Shown here: positions 44,509-61,599 of the stretch, in pieces
Layout of the letters: each line of letters opens with the position of its first letter
How positions within the stretch are numbered: position 1 is the first letter of the stretch
Assembly: GCF_009914755.1 (NCBI RefSeq)
Contig: NC_060931.1
Reading direction: 5' to 3' (one strand)
Length of the DNA: 64,000 nt
From: the human T2T-CHM13v2.0 reference genome, Homo sapiens
Notes under the pieces: model-generated
Told to the model about the DNA's origin: nothing
Seen by the model: the letters and a program-made list of their open reading frames with translations, nothing else
Databases searched by the model: none
Made by a program: the position numbers and the translations under genes

Positions 44509-44524
44509 CACCAGCAGAGGGCAG
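44509..44524 (+). promoter_or_regulatory. CTCF motif; position fits the CFTR -20.9 kb insulator
   Basis: CACCAGCAGAGGGCAG is a strong match to the CTCF core. It is about 20.9 kb upstream of the inferred CFTR ATG (about 65.4 kb in window coordinates). Confidence 0.8.
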
Positions 44525-45982
44525 GTAAGGAAGAGAGAAGAAAATACTATAAAAGTATCTCGTCCTCTATTCAACTATTTAAAACACTTCTCTGATACAT
44601 TTACAAAGTGAGCTATTTTGTTTTCTCTTTAGTTATGCTATTTTGAAAATAATTGATCTAAGTATAAATTTTAATTTCTTACATATATTTGGTTTAATGA
44701 ATCTCCAATGAAATTTGTACTTTGAATTTTTAATTGTTTATAAACCAATTATAAATTCAGACTTGAAAAGTCTGAATATTCTTTATATTTTGAAGTGATA
44801 AAAATGTCCCCTTTTATTTTGGGTAATTCAATTAATTAGACTTTTTCCTTTTATGGTTTTCTAATTCAATTATGGGTAAGTTTATGTGAATGTTTTCCAT
44901 AGACATCTTAATATAGCCATTTGGTCATTTCCTTCAACATGCAGAGTTGTTAAGCATGGTTTTCAGTTTTATTAATCAAGTAATGTATCTTATAAACATA
45001 ACTGAAGGAAACTCAAATGGGATGTGATGGAGTTTTTTTTTTTTTTTTTTTTTTTCAATAATATACCTTACAGGAATGTTTAAATATAGTTTTAGTAAGT
45101 ATATTAGGATATTTTCTCTTGAAACTTTAAATTTAATTAATAATAAAACATCTTTTTCAAAACATTAGATGATGTGATAAACTATGTAATTCAACAGTTC
45201 AGAACAGCTTGCATGTAACCTTTGTTAAATCAAAAGTCAGGTGGCAACCTGGATTTTTGCCTGTTCAGCTTGAATAATGGCATTGTTCTGGAAGTACAGT
45301 AGTGGAGAGAGATTGAGTAATTCCTGGGAAGATAAATCCCCATATTGCTTATTCCAAGTACTAGAAATTACTTCTTTCCTTTGCTTATTGATTACCTCAT
45401 CTTTAAGAATCTTTTTTTAACTGTCAAGCAAGGTTATGTATTAGGACTCCCCTTGGTCATACTAAGGAATATTTCCAAATACTGGACAAAAATGAACTTC
45501 CTCAGGTCACCTAATGAATACAAGCTTATAGTTATTATAGCTTAGAACATAGGTGTAGGGAAGAAAACAAAGAAAGGATCCCCGGGACTAAGCAAAAAGG
45601 AAATTCTTCCAATTAGGCAGAGTGATGAAGCTTCAGGCCTAGGGTTGCTGTGACAGCCTCTTTACTGATTGCCCATACGATGTCTTCCTTTTCCACTAGG
45701 CCACCATGTGTATTTATTCTACTTTTTTCTTTCTAAAATGCAACACGTTGATGTTATTTCCTTACTCAAAACCCCATACTAACTCCCTTTTGCCAATGAT
45801 AGTAGGTGTGGGACTTCTTTTCTGCCATTTCAGACTCTGAACAAGGTCTCAATCTGATTTTCCACATTTACTCCTTCCTCTGCTTTTCACAAACCATGCA
45901 AACAGTGCGATTTCAAAAGTATGTCCCTTTCTACTCATATCTTTCTCAGTCATCTCTGCCTGTCAGAGGCCCTTTGTCTTTC

Positions 45983-46379
45983 TTTTTATTTAGTTTAATT
46001 TAATTTATTTATTATTATTATTATTATACTTTAAGTTGTAGGGTACATGTGCACAACGTGCAGGTTTGTTACATATGTATACATGTGCCATGTTGGTGTG
46101 CCCATTAACTCGTCATTTACATTAGGTATATCTCCTAATGCTATCCCTCCCCACTCCCCCAACCCCACGACAGGCCATGGTGTGTGATGTTCCCCATCCT
46201 GTGTCCAAGTGTTCTCATTGTTCAATTCCCACCTATGAATGAGAACATGCGGTGTTTGGTTTTCTGTCCTTGCGACAGTTTGCTCAGAATGATGGTTTCC
46301 AGCTTCATCCATGTCCCTACAAAGGACATGAACTCATCCTTTTTTATGGCTGCATAGTATTCCATGGTGTATATGTGCA
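45983..46379 (-). mobile_element. 5'-truncated L1PA 3' end with a (TTA)n tail
   Basis: L1PA 3'UTR; TSD ggccc(t/c)ttgtcttt on both sides. Confidence 0.9.
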
Positions 46380-47214
46380 GTGGCCCCTTGTCTTTCAAGA
46401 TCCATTGTCAATGACATTTTCTCCTGAAGACATATCTTATTCTTAACTGGATGATCTTTGGTGCCCTTAAGTCTCATGGCTATTTGCATCTCTAGAGTGG
46501 CCCTCATCATATTCTATTATCTATTATTCGTATTTGTATATTTGTTTCTCTTTATATGCCAGCTCTAAGCTCCTTGATAGTAGGGACTGTGTCTTGGTGT
46601 CCCCAGAGATTAGCATGATGTCCTGCAACTGGCAGAGTCATTCAGAGACACCAGGGCTCTTTGTATTTTTTCAGGCCCTCAGTATATTAAAAACTGAAAA
46701 ATGCCAGGGTTACAAAATTGTGGCATATTTTAAATGTTACGTCAAAAAATGGATGTGATGAAAACACATACATGCCCACAATAATCCCCAATGTAATTGT
46801 GTGCTGCTTAAGATAATTATAGGATTTCTAAAATATTTAACTCATGCTATTTTTAAGTTGGCATAGTCTGATAACTGTACGCAAGTATAGTGTTGTGTGT
46901 TTTGCGTGTTTTCTTCTTTCTGTCTTGTCAGTTTACCTCTAGGACTGTTAATCTGAGGCCTTGGCCAACGGACCCTCTGGACTCTCTATGAGGGGCCCTC
47001 ACATGTAGATCTCTGATAAATGTTCACTGAAATGAGTTCAGTTTAATTACACACCAAAACGATGCTATATATAAATATTATACAATGAATTTCTATTTTT
47101 ATGTAATCATATTATTCAGAAATAAGGTTGAAAGTTATTAAAGTCTAATTTAATATCTAAATTTAACTTTCAGTTGTTTTACACTTTGAAGGTCAGAGAA
47201 CTAGATATTGGGGA

Positions 47215-49172
47215 AGAGTTCTGGGATACATGTGCAGAAGCTGCAAGTTTGTTACACAGGTATACATGTGCTGTGGTGGTTTGCTGCAACCATCAACCCA
47301 TCATCTACATTAGGTATTAGGTATTTCTACTAATGCTATCCCTCTCCTTGCTCCCCACCCCCCGGCAGGCCCTGGTGTGTGATGTTCCCCTCCCTGTGCC
47401 CATAAGTTCTCATTGTTCAACTCCCACTATGAGTGAGAACATGCAGTGTTTGGTTTTCTGTTCCTGTGTTAGTTTGCCGAGAATGATGGTTTCCAGCTTT
47501 ATCCATTCCCTGCAAAGGACATGAGCTCATTCTTTTTTTTATGGCTGCATAGTATTCCATGGTGTATATGTGTCACATTTTCTTTATCCAGTCTATCATT
47601 GATGGGCACTTGGGTTGGTTCCAAGTCTTTGTTATCGTGAATAGTGCTGCAATAAATGTACGTCTGCATGTGTCTTTATAGTAGAATGATTTATAATCCT
47701 TTGGATATATATCCAGTAATGGGATTGCTGGGTCAAATGGTATTTCTAGTTCTAGATCCTTGAGGAATTGCCACACTGTCTTTCATAGTGGTTGAACTAA
47801 TTTACACTCCCACCAACAGTGTAAAAGTGTTCCTATTTCTCCACATACTCTCTAGCATTTGTTGTTTCCTGACAACAGAGTAGAATCGCCATTCTAACTG
47901 GCATGAGATGGTATCTCATTGTGGTTTTGATTTGCATTTCTCTAATGACCAATGATGATGAGGTTTTTTTCCATGTTTGTTCTCTGCATAATAATGAGTA
48001 TCCAAATAGGAAGAGAGGAAGTCAGATTGTCTCTGTTTGCAGATGACATGATTGTATATTTAGAAAACCCCATTGTCTCAGCCACAAAACTCCTTAAGCT
48101 GATAAGCAACTTCAGCAAAGTCTCAGAATACAAAATCAATGTGCAAAAATCACAAGCATTCCTATACACCAATAATAGACAAACAGCCAAATCATGAGTG
48201 AATTCCCATTCACGATTGCTCCAAAGAGAATAAAATACCTAGGGATACAACTTAACAAGGGATGTGAAGGACCTCTTCAAGGAGAACTACAAACCACTGC
48301 TCAAGGAAATAAGAGAGGACACAAACAAATGGAAAAATATTATGCTCATGGATAGGAAGAATCAATATCTTGAAAATGGCCATACTGCCCAAAGTAATTT
48401 GTAGATTCAATGATATTCCCATCAAGCTACCATTGACTTTCTTTACAGAATTAGGAAAAACTAGTTTAAATTTCATATGGAACCAAAAGAGAGCCCATCT
48501 AGCCAAGACAATCCTTAGCAAAAAGAACAAAGCTGGAGGCATCATGCTATCTGACTTCAAACTATACTACAAGGCTACAGTAACCAAAACAGCATGGTAC
48601 TGGTACCAAAATGGATATATAGACCCATGGAACAGGACAGAGGCCTCAGAAATAACACCACATATCCACAACCATCTGATCTTTGACAAACCTGACAAAA
48701 GCAATGGGGAAAGGATTCCCTCTTTAATAAATGGTGTTGGGAAAACTGGCTAGCCATATGCAGAAAACTGAAACTGGACCCCTTCCTTACACCTCATAAA
48801 AAAATTAAGTCAAGATGGATTAAATACTTAAATGTAAGACCTAAAACCATAAAAGCCCTAGAAGATAACCTAGGCAATACCATTCAAGACATAGGCATGG
48901 GCAAAGACTTCATGACTAAAACACCAAAAGCAATGGCAACAAAAGTCAAAATTGACAAATGGGATCAAATTAAGAACTTCTTTACAGCAAAAGAAACTAT
49001 CATCAGAGTGAACAGGCAACCTACAGAATGGGAGAAAATTTTTGCAATCTATCCATCTGACAAAGGGCTAATATCCAGAATCTACAAGGAACTTAAACAA
49101 ATTTACAAGAATAAAACAAACAGCCCCATCAAAAAGTGGGTGAAGGATATGAACAGACACTTTTCAAAAAAA
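47215..49172. mobile_element. 5'-inverted L1PA: minus-strand 3' end (47215-47990) plus inverted ORF2 segment (47991-49172)
   Basis: [15 protein letters not shown] on the plus strand; C-terminus and 3'UTR on the minus strand. The two pieces are adjacent in the L1 consensus. Confidence 0.9.
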
Positions 49173-50424
49173 AGTACTCATTTTTACTACCTGATTAACT
49201 AGTTATGTATTTCCCTGCACTATGAGGCACATGAAAAGTCAAATTGTATTCTCCATGACTCTCCTGAGTTAGTAACAAAGATGAATGCTTCATAAGAATT
49301 AGTATAATTTATTTTTCAAAACTAGCCTACAGGTGGAAAATGAAGAATTCTGTCACTTCAATGTATTTAGAAATCATTACCATAAGAGTGCAAACTGATA
49401 TGAATACTCAATCATTCTTTGTTATTGGACAATATAGCTTAATTTTGCATAGTTAGAGGTATGGGATACCTGAGGAGCATAAATACATGAATTATGTATC
49501 TTTGTAATTCTCTTTCTAGTATAGAGCATATAAATTAGCACACCTGGGAGTAAGAACTCATCATAAGAATTACCATTGTTTATTTTTTTGACATGTATGT
49601 ATTTAGATTTTTTTATGATATAATCTCATTCCCTTAGACTAGTTAGTAGAATGATATGTTTCAAGCCCTACTTTGCTAAATTAACATGAACCCAACCTTT
49701 CCTATAAAATTATTTTATAGTGAAAAGGAGAACAAGAAATGAGTTGTTATAATTCAGCAGTAAGAAAGGAAATTTGGTTGTTTAAATATTAGGCATCAAG
49801 TTTTTCTCCTACCTCCATGCAACTGAGAGATTTGATGCTTTTTCAAGGAGCAGGGTTGATTCAAGGAGCAAGGATAGAGATGGATTGGACATAAGGGGTG
49901 ATGAAGTTTGAATTAATTAACTTATACTAAATGCATGTGCTTCTGAAATGTCCTCTGCAAGAATCACTTGTAAGAGATACATAATTTAATACAGAAAAAC
50001 TTGAAAGATGAAGTTATTTGTGAAATTTATTATTTTAAATGTTAATTTATTTACACTTATTTAAAATGTATCACATGTTAAAAACATTTAAAAATCCATA
50101 ATAGCACTAAAGGTTTTTCTATGACTGGAAGTAAGTTGTAATTTGAATAACCCGTCCTCACACCTCTTTCGTATTCTCATTTTTATCCACAAATTTTTAT
50201 ATTCACCAAAAGTAAAAAGCATTTTGTTAACCTACAATTTGTTTTTAACTAAAGCGCACGAAAGCATTTTAAATAAATCACAATAGAACTTAACCTTGGG
50301 AAAACTGAATATCAATATGCAGATGTGATAAAAATAGGATTTTATGGAAAAAGGTGAGGACAGTTTCATAAAACCTAAGGAAAAATTTCAAGAAGACAGT
50401 TTGTACGTACAAAAATATGCCTGA

Positions 50425-50719
50425 GGCTGGGCACGGTGGCCCATTCTTGTACTCCCAGCACTTTGGGAGGCCGAGGCGGGAGGATCGCTTGAGCCCAGGA
50501 GTTTGAGACCAGCCTGAGCAACATTGAGAGACCTCATCTCTGCAAAAAATAAACAAAATTAGCTGGGTGTGGTGGCACGTGCCTGTAGTCCCAGCTACCC
50601 AGGAGACTTAGGTGGGAGGATTGCTTGAGCCAGGGAAGTCGAGGTTGCAGTGGCCTGAGATCACACCACTACACTCCAGCCTGCACGATAGAGTGAGACC
50701 CTGTATCAAAAAACAAACA
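50425..50719 (+). mobile_element. AluJ
   Basis: 14-bp TSD aaaaatatgcctga. Confidence 0.92.
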
Positions 50720-51080
50720 AAAAATATGCCTGAAAGGATAGTTTTAATACTGCCCAGTACTTTTCAGTTGAGTAGGCATGTATATGTCCAACAGGCATCT
50801 GAAAATACACACTTATTTGTGGACAAAATCCTGTTAATTTTGTAATTGTGAAACATGCAACATAGTCCCAACCATGTCAAAGTCTCCAATGAAAATTTAA
50901 AATTTATCTTATTTGGAAGGACTATAAATTTTAATATTTCTGTGCAATATTATAAAACAAAACCCACTACGTGGCTTGATTTATATATATAACCACATGG
51001 AATTTCATACTGAAGCCCAGCAAAACTTCCATTACCCTCCACATCCATAATTTATCCTTCACTCTTTCTGCCAACCACAG

Positions 51081-51165
51081 GTGTTGGACAATGATTTGAG
51101 GTCTTAGCCTGAACTTTTGAATGAGAGGTGCCCCATCAACTGGACTTCTCCTGAGTGTTGAAAAG
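51081..51165 (+). other. Candidate non-coding upstream exon of a CFTR-sense transcript (85 nt)
   Basis: Acceptor ctctttctgccaaccacag| and donor AAG|GTAAGA. The position agrees with my recollection of annotated minor upstream CFTR exons (unverified). Confidence 0.55.
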
Positions 51166-51344
51166 GTAAGAGGGTTTTGCTTCTTTATTCACTCCTTTCT
51201 TACTATTTGCATTGTAATATAACTCTCTTGGGACTCAAGGGAACAAACCATACAGTGTCTTTTGCTAAATGCCAAAAATCAAGAAGCCAGTTGAAGTTTT
51301 CAGTTCAAATTATTTCACAAGTGTTACACAGTAGAAAACCTTTA

Positions 51345-51615
51345 TGGTGGCTCACGCCTGTAATCCCAACACTTTGGGAGGCCGAGGTGGGTGGATCATG
51401 AGGTCAGGAGTTTAAGACCAGCCTGGCCAAGATGGTGAAACCCCGTCTCTACAAAAAATACAAAAATTAGCCAGGCGTGGTGGCGGGCACCTGTAATCTC
51501 AACTACTGGGGAGGCTGAAGTAGGGAATTGCTTGAACCTAGGAGGCAGAGATTGCAGCGACCTGAGATCGCGCCACTGCACTCTAGCCTGGGCGACAGAC
51601 CGAGACTCCATCTCC

Positions 51616-51651
<36 letters not shown>

Positions 51652-51697
51652 GAAAAAAAAAAGAAAAACAACAACAAAAAAAAACCAAAACAAAAAA
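51345..51697 (+). mobile_element. AluS with a long compound tail followed by a T-run
   Basis: Alu body with an A/AAAAG/AAC tail. Confidence 0.9.
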
Positions 51698-52153
51698 CCT
51701 TTTTTTTTTTTTTGTCTCAGTTTGAGGTCTCTTGTTACAAATTTAAAGAAAATTAATTTTACAATTTCCTATTCTCAATGATTTTGATTTACTGATATTT
51801 TACCCTACAACAATATAGTGAAAAAGTGTGGTCATGGGATTGGTTAGACCTAATTCAGGACTACCAATACTAGATGTGAGGCTATAGGCAGGTGTGTTAA
51901 AGATTCTTTGGAATCTTATTTTACTCAAGAGTAAAAAGTATGTGTAGTAATAATTATTTCATAAGTATATTGAGAGCATTAAATGGGGAATAACAACCAT
52001 ATAAAAGGCTTAGCATATTAGAGACTTAATACAAATCAATTTCTTGCATTTTGCTTATCCTGGATATATCGTGGGTTTGCTTCATATTGGAAAACAAGAC
52101 AGCAACAAAGATCCATGTTTCATTCTTCAGTGACTTAAAATATTAGTTGTTCT

Positions 52154-52406
52154 GGCCAGGTGCAGTGGCTCACACCTGTAATCCCAGCACTTCAGGATGC
52201 TGAGGTAGGATGATTGCTGGAGCCCAGGAGTTTGGGACCAGACTGGGCAACAAAGTGAGGCCCTGTATCTACAAAAAATAAAAATCGTAGCCAGGCATGG
52301 TGGTGTGCACCTGTGATCCCAGATACACGAGAGGCTGAAGCGGGAAGATTGCTTGACCTTAGAAGGTTGAAGCTATAGTGAGCCTTGTTTATGCCACTGC
52401 ATTCCA
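52154..52406 (+). mobile_element. 3'-truncated AluJ
   Basis: Ends at cactgcattcca; flanked by the 13-bp repeat tattagttgttct. Confidence 0.88.
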
Positions 52407-53499
52407 TGTATTAGTTGTTCTACAAATAAAAATATTTTACTTTCAAAACATGTTTTACTAAAAGTTTTTCAGTAAGGATGTAAAAACTATTAATGGTCAA
52501 CTTTGACTACTTCCAAAATGCTTTTTTTGAGTGAAATGTTACACCTCTTTGTTAGTTCATTGCACTAATACTTAAATATTTAAAATTGAAAGTCAGTAAT
52601 GGTAAATATAGAAGAATTAGAGGATAAAATGAGTGGAGATATGGAAAGGTACAGATTGAATTAATTATTTAAGTAAAATCCTTTCCTAGAGAAAATAGAA
52701 AATAGAACTTTGAGGTTGAATCTCTTTTAATGTAATGTTTTTCTCGAATCCAAGTGTTTTTACACTATACAATAGGAGTAGAAATTTGTCACCACTCTGT
52801 GGCCAAACTCACTTTTTCTTTCTTTTTTTATTTTTACATTAAAAAAAAATTTTACTTTAAGTTCCAGGATACATGTGCAGGATGTGCAGGTTTGTTACAT
52901 AGGTAAATGTTTTATTTTAAATTTAATTTAACACTTTTTATTTTTAAGTCATACAACTCTCATAGCCAGTAGTTAATATTACCTTGAAAGTTTGGTATGG
53001 TTGATGAATTGCATCCTGTTAATAATTGCTACAGATTTTTGAATAATTGCAGACCAGTTTGATGGTCCTGGGTTGGCATAAGTACATGAAGATTTACTTT
53101 TTCCTGTGAGCTTTCTTGGGATGAAGAAATTTAGTGTTTTTTTTTAATTTTTAAGAAATATTTATTATTTTTTACATGATTTATTTCCCACTGAAAAATA
53201 AATCCCACCGGGCATAAAGTGTATTTTTTTTAAGTCACAGAGTAACCCAACTTGAAGCTAGTTTTTCAGACTTAGGCAGTTCATGCTGTAAGCCCGAGAT
53301 CTCATGGTCACCCTTGCAAGAGAAATATCTAATTGAAAAAAAATATGAAGAGTATTAATTTTGATAGTGCTAAAATGACATAAAGGGATCTCACTGGGCT
53401 TGAGATATTAAGTATTAAAATTGTTAAAGGTTTAAATTGTTAGTAACTTGTTATTGCATAGAAAATGTGCCAAATGTCAGTAAATAAAAAAACTTTTTT

Positions 53500-55315
<1,816 letters not shown>

Positions 55316-56390
55316 GATTGTTTTCTTATTGTTGAGTTTTATATTCCTTTATTTTGGAATGGAGTAAATAAGCACAATAAAACTGGTTGAGAAGATAATC
55401 ATTTTAAAAAATCATAATGAATTATATGATACACATTCTATTATTTCATGAGAAAAATCATGGAAGAGTCAGTTCAATATTCAGTGAATCATTAATGTGA
55501 GGATGTAAAATTTGATACACACACAATTTATTGAGCACTTATCCTATGTCAATCAGTGCGCTAAATTTTTTTCTTTTATATTAACTCATTTAATTCCCAC
55601 TACAGCCCTGTGTAATGGAAGCTGTTCTTCCCACCATTTTATAAATGATGAAACCTTAGATCACACTCAGTGGAAGAGTTCTAAAGCCCTATGTGGTGCT
55701 GTCTGATAGAAAATATATTTTAAAATGAGATGATCTAAGGTATGTTTACCTACAGAGCTAAAGGAAAGTATGTCTTAAATTTAATAATGAGTGATTATAG
55801 AAACAGATTACAGGAAATAGTCCATCTTTCTTGAATTATCCAAAGTGTTACAAGCCTCAAATTCATTGTTGTTTGTATGAGAACACATTTAGGTGATCGG
55901 ATACAAGTATATAGTTTTTCCCAGATGTTTATTTCACATCAACTTTTTTTTCATCTTTACTTTCTTCAAGGCAAGTAGGATAGAATGTAATAATCAAATA
56001 GGTTTTTCCCCCACCCCATTTTAGAGCAGTAAATAATTCCAAGAGGCATTTGCTTTGTTATTGGATAAGTAATTAACAAAAAGAATTCCTAAAGACAATT
56101 AGAATCATGACCATACTGGGTCTTGAAAACATAGCAGTGCAATCACAGCCAATGGCTGGCTTGGTGGCTGGCGATGAGCCTGCAGCATGGGACTGGGTGT
56201 TCCACCACGGCTTGGCTGTTGTCCAGGGAGCTTTCAGTCGCTGGGGTTCCCACAGTGCCAAGCACGAGGCAGGTGCAGAAAGGATAAAGGTTTCTGTTCC
56301 CCATTAGTGTTGAGGGCATGCAGGTCGTCTGACATGAGGGGCATGAGAAGTGAAGTTCCTGCTTTGCTTTGGGTAAGGAATCTGCATTGA

Positions 56391-56908
<518 letters not shown>

Positions 56909-59900
56909 AAAATTAATGCTCTTAACATGTAAAAAGTAAAGTGCAGTGGAACTTTGGCACTTATGCAAGATAATACAACTTAAAAGATTTATAAGAATAT
57001 TAACTGCTAATGAACAGTAGAGGGATCTAATTAACATTGAAAGTTACATGAAGAAAGTGTTTGTCTTCTATTCCCAACAGGGCATCTTTGTAACTATAAT
57101 GACTCTTGAGAAGATTTTGTTTTCAGTCTTAAAACAGGAATGGGGGAAAAATGTAGGCCTGGGTAAGTACAAAAAAGGGAAATCGAAGGAGACTAGGGAG
57201 TTACTGTAGATTTTGCAGGACTGAGGAAAGTCAGAATAAATACAAGAGACAATGATGCTGGTAATTTTCTTTGGGCTCAGAGAAGTAATGCTTTGCTTTG
57301 TCAGAGTTGTAGTAAAATTTAGATCTAAGAAGCTCGTTGGAAGTTGTAGCAGAATCCTGTCTTGTTTACTATGTCCACTGCCTGGCACAGAGATGGAACA
57401 CTGTAAGCTTTCCAAAAACATTTGTGGAATGGAATCAGAAAGTCACTTTACTTTCCAAGATGCAATTCTTTATTTTGAAACATAAATATTTAAAAAGTTT
57501 ATAAATTTTTGACATAATTATGACATACATCCTTCCAGGCTTTTTTCAATGCTTATGCAAACATGTATATGTGACCTGTAGGTCTCCTTTTACCCAGTTT
57601 TTGGAGTACAAATAAGGTCACATCTCTTCTTAACTTTAAATGTTTAAAACATTGAAGTTAGCAAGAAGCCCAGAAACTTTTTCTAAAGAACTTTTTCTAC
57701 CCCTAATTGTCCAAGAACTCCAAGTTTTCTTGGTTCAAAGAGGTAATTTCTGTTTCTAAACACTAGAAAAAGGAGAATATGAAGGATCTGACTAGTCCAT
57801 TGTCACATGCCCCACCCCATTTTCTGCTGCAAGAGCCTCTGTCACCACAGCATTGTGTCACTGATGAAAATAGGTCCTCCCACAGAGTCAGATGCATCCC
57901 AGTCTATTGCTACTATTATCACCCTGTTGGAACAGATCCCTGCACAGGTCACAGCAGTTCCTGGAAGATGAAACTCATTCTCCCAGCCTTAATATCAGCC
58001 AGGAATACTTTATTCTTGGACTTCCAAAGTTGCTATAGTAGTTTCCAAAGCCCACCTAGCACCTAAGGATGGGTGAGTAAAGACAAGCTTCCAGTTTCAG
58101 CTGCAGAAACAAGAACCCATCTCCCACCACATAGTAGGTGTTGGCATTAAACTTCTCTCTTATGATGTAATGTGTTCTCCTTGGGATCTTTGGTATTTCT
58201 GTTTGCATACTTCATTTGGGGTCATCTCAACACACCAAACAGATTCTAACTACACTGAATCTCAAAAGAAATAGAAGTAGTCTTTGTCAAGCCACAGAAA
58301 AGAGCTTGTTCTTCTTTCTTCTCCTCCTAGACACCTGCATACTTTTCATTCCTCTAATGAAGAGGGTCCATTCAATAAATTCAGAAGAAATGAAGAAAAA
58401 AATACAAGTCTAGTTTGTGATAAGTCCTTGTTTTCACCTAAACAGAGAAGCAAGAACATAAATTATATAAGGCACCTTCTCTTAATTAAATAAACAAAAG
58501 AGTTCTATGTGGTCTAGTTACACAGAGATCACAGTGATTAACTACTCAGCTCTGGAGCCAGACAACTGGGTTTGTTCAGATTCTGGCACTCTTTCTTGAA
58601 TTTGGGCATGGCATTTGACCTTCTGTACCTCAGTTTCTTCATTTGTAAATTGGGATGTTAATAATAAAATGTACTAACTTTATAGGGTCTTTCCTGAGGC
58701 ACATAATGTAATTTAAACAACAAACAAGTATACATAACAGACATTTTTTTCTTACAAAGACGGTACCATACTAAACTTAATTTGCTTTTTTTGAAAAATT
58801 ATATTTTTAGGTAAAACTTTGTAAGTTAATTTTTTTGGGTGAAAAACATGATACAAATTTATCAATTTGATTTTGCTTCATTAGCATGATATACTTTGTT
58901 CTAGCAAGTACTTAGGCAATTTTCATACATGTCTTTAAATATAATTTTTGCACATGTAAATAAGAGTTCCAAAGTATTTTGCCATCACTTCATCAGTGTT
59001 GCCTCTCAACAGCCTTTGAAGCGAGGAGATGCCAGTCACTGTCTCAGACACAAGGATGCAGGCTGTGGAGGCCAGTGAGCCATAGTCACTGAACTGGGAA
59101 TTGGCTGTCCTTTTGACCATACAGATTAATCACTGTAGTTTCACCAATCACATTGAACTTGAAGATCAATAAATGACCCTAAAACAATGAGATTTCATAG
59201 ACTCTTTCTATATAGTGGAAGTTAAAGCAAATCAGAAAGGAGTCCCTAAACCTGTGAATTCTTGAATTTTAGTTTTCCAGGTCAACAAGCCTTCTTTAAG
59301 TGACTTCATGTCCCGTCCTTGGTTTTTGATCATAGACTGGTATAAGAAATGACCATAAAATAAATGTTTTTGAGAAAATTATAGCTGAAAATACTGTCCA
59401 TGATACCACTCAGTGATATAAGTCTCTAAACAGCAAACTCTTCCATGAATGGGGTGGAGGGAAGATGGTTTTTCTTTCCAGGTGAACTTACATATTGCCT
59501 TTTCTCAGATATCAGATTATGAGAATAATACAATGGACTGGGCTTTGACAGCCAAGACTTTCAGAATTGCTGTTAGTGCCCATGTGCAATAAAATTTTTC
59601 TATCATGTCTCTCTTATTATTTCAAATGCCCTGTTTTACTGTTTTGATTACTAATTATCTATTTAGAGGGAAACAGTTATAAATAAATAATTCACTGTTC
59701 TACTTACTGTGCACCCCTGCCTTTCTAAATATAACTCTTCTATGTAGCATGTAAATTATCACAGAACTCATCTCAGAAAAAAGATCACTACTTTTCTTTT
59801 TAGAATTCAAATTTATAATATCTAATTCTATAGGTGGCATCTGGCCTTTAGCATGATATCACCAATGAAAATTTAATCTGTGTTATGAATTCCCTTGTTT

Positions 59901-60572
59901 CTAGAAAAGCTTCAGCAGGAAAATGAGAAGAGAACCCATAAAAACCATAAAACATTTCATGAATGGTAGCTTTAGAAAATCTTACAGGATTTGGTAGCTT
60001 TTACATTTATGACAAAGTGATATTTTTGATGTTGTTCATAATTATTTCAGTTCATTAGCAGCATTAATAAGCTCCCGTTTTGTACAGCTTGAAGATCTTT
60101 AAGACTTCCTTAATGAGAAACTACCTTTAAGCTACGGAAGACCCATCAGGGTGCCAAATTCCATCTGGACACAGTTACAAATACACCACTGTTGATGAGC
60201 TGAAAATTAGAGCAACCAAACAACAGAGCTTTAAAATGTTATTTCAATGCAAAGGGACATTTTCACCATAGAAAAATAGAAGTTTGCCTCTAAATAAAAA
60301 TGATTTTACAATTGCAAGAGTACTTGATTTACCCCTTTACATTTAGTTCAAATACCAAAAATTTCTTAAGGAATGAGAAATTCCAATGTTCCTGAGAATT
60401 CTGATAGCTTTTAGAGAGTTCAGTTTTCTGTAGCATTCCATTTTGCAATCCTATACAAATTTCTAATTTATAACCAGTGGTATGTAATGATAATTTCTAA
60501 TATTTATTAAGTGTTTATTGGGTTCTAAGTGCTTTATGTCTGATATATGTATCACATTTAATTTATTTCATC

Positions 60573-60810
60573 CAGTGGTTCTTAACTGGGGACAACTTTG
60601 TACCTCTCTCCCCAACATATTTGGCAATCTCTGGAGATAGTCCTGGATCTCCAGATCTATCTGTCACAACCTAGGATGTATGTGGTCCTACGAGCATCCA
60701 GTGAATAGAAGCTAGAGATACTGCTGAACATTCCACAGTACAAGGGCAACCCCCACATCAAAGAATTATCCACACCCAAATGTCAGTAGTACTGAGGTAG
60801 AGAGACCCTA
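60573..60810. mobile_element. MER20-like element
   Basis: cagtggttcttaac ... aaatgtcagtagtactgaggtagagagaccct. Confidence 0.65.
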
Positions 60811-60841
60811 ACTTAATCTGTTCAACAATCCTATGAGGTGA

Positions 60842-61144
<303 letters not shown>

Positions 61145-61599
61145 GTGAGTGTATTTAACCTCATTTTCAGGCAAGGAAACAAAAGACAGAAAAGTTAAGT
61201 AGCTTACTTAAGGTCACAGAGCTAAGTGTGGTGCCAGGATTGAAAACCTAGTTCTTTATTGCTTTAGCACAAGCTATTTCCACTATACTCTGTCATGTTC
61301 AGAGAATGTTGATGTCCATCAGTGGATTCTAAATTTTGAAGGATGGAGATACTGCCTTATTCTGTACATCTGCTTTAGCACCCAAGCTCTTGCTTGGTGA
61401 AAAATTAATAGTAAACATTCATCTTTTGAGCATCTTCAAATATCCCCTTTAGAATGACATTCAACTATTAGGTCAGTAACCCCAAGAGAAAACGGTTGTT
61501 TGAGTGTATATACTGTATTACAAAATAAGGGGTGAATTCAAAGGAAAACATAAGATGCAATTCGTGCCTCCAAGGAGGTTGTAGGGAAGAGGGGTTATG

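Noticed and set aside
44755-44777. Perfect 10-bp inverted repeat attcagactt-gaa-aagtctgaat
   Set aside because: It is short and AT-rich, so plausible by chance in 64 kb, and has no supporting context.
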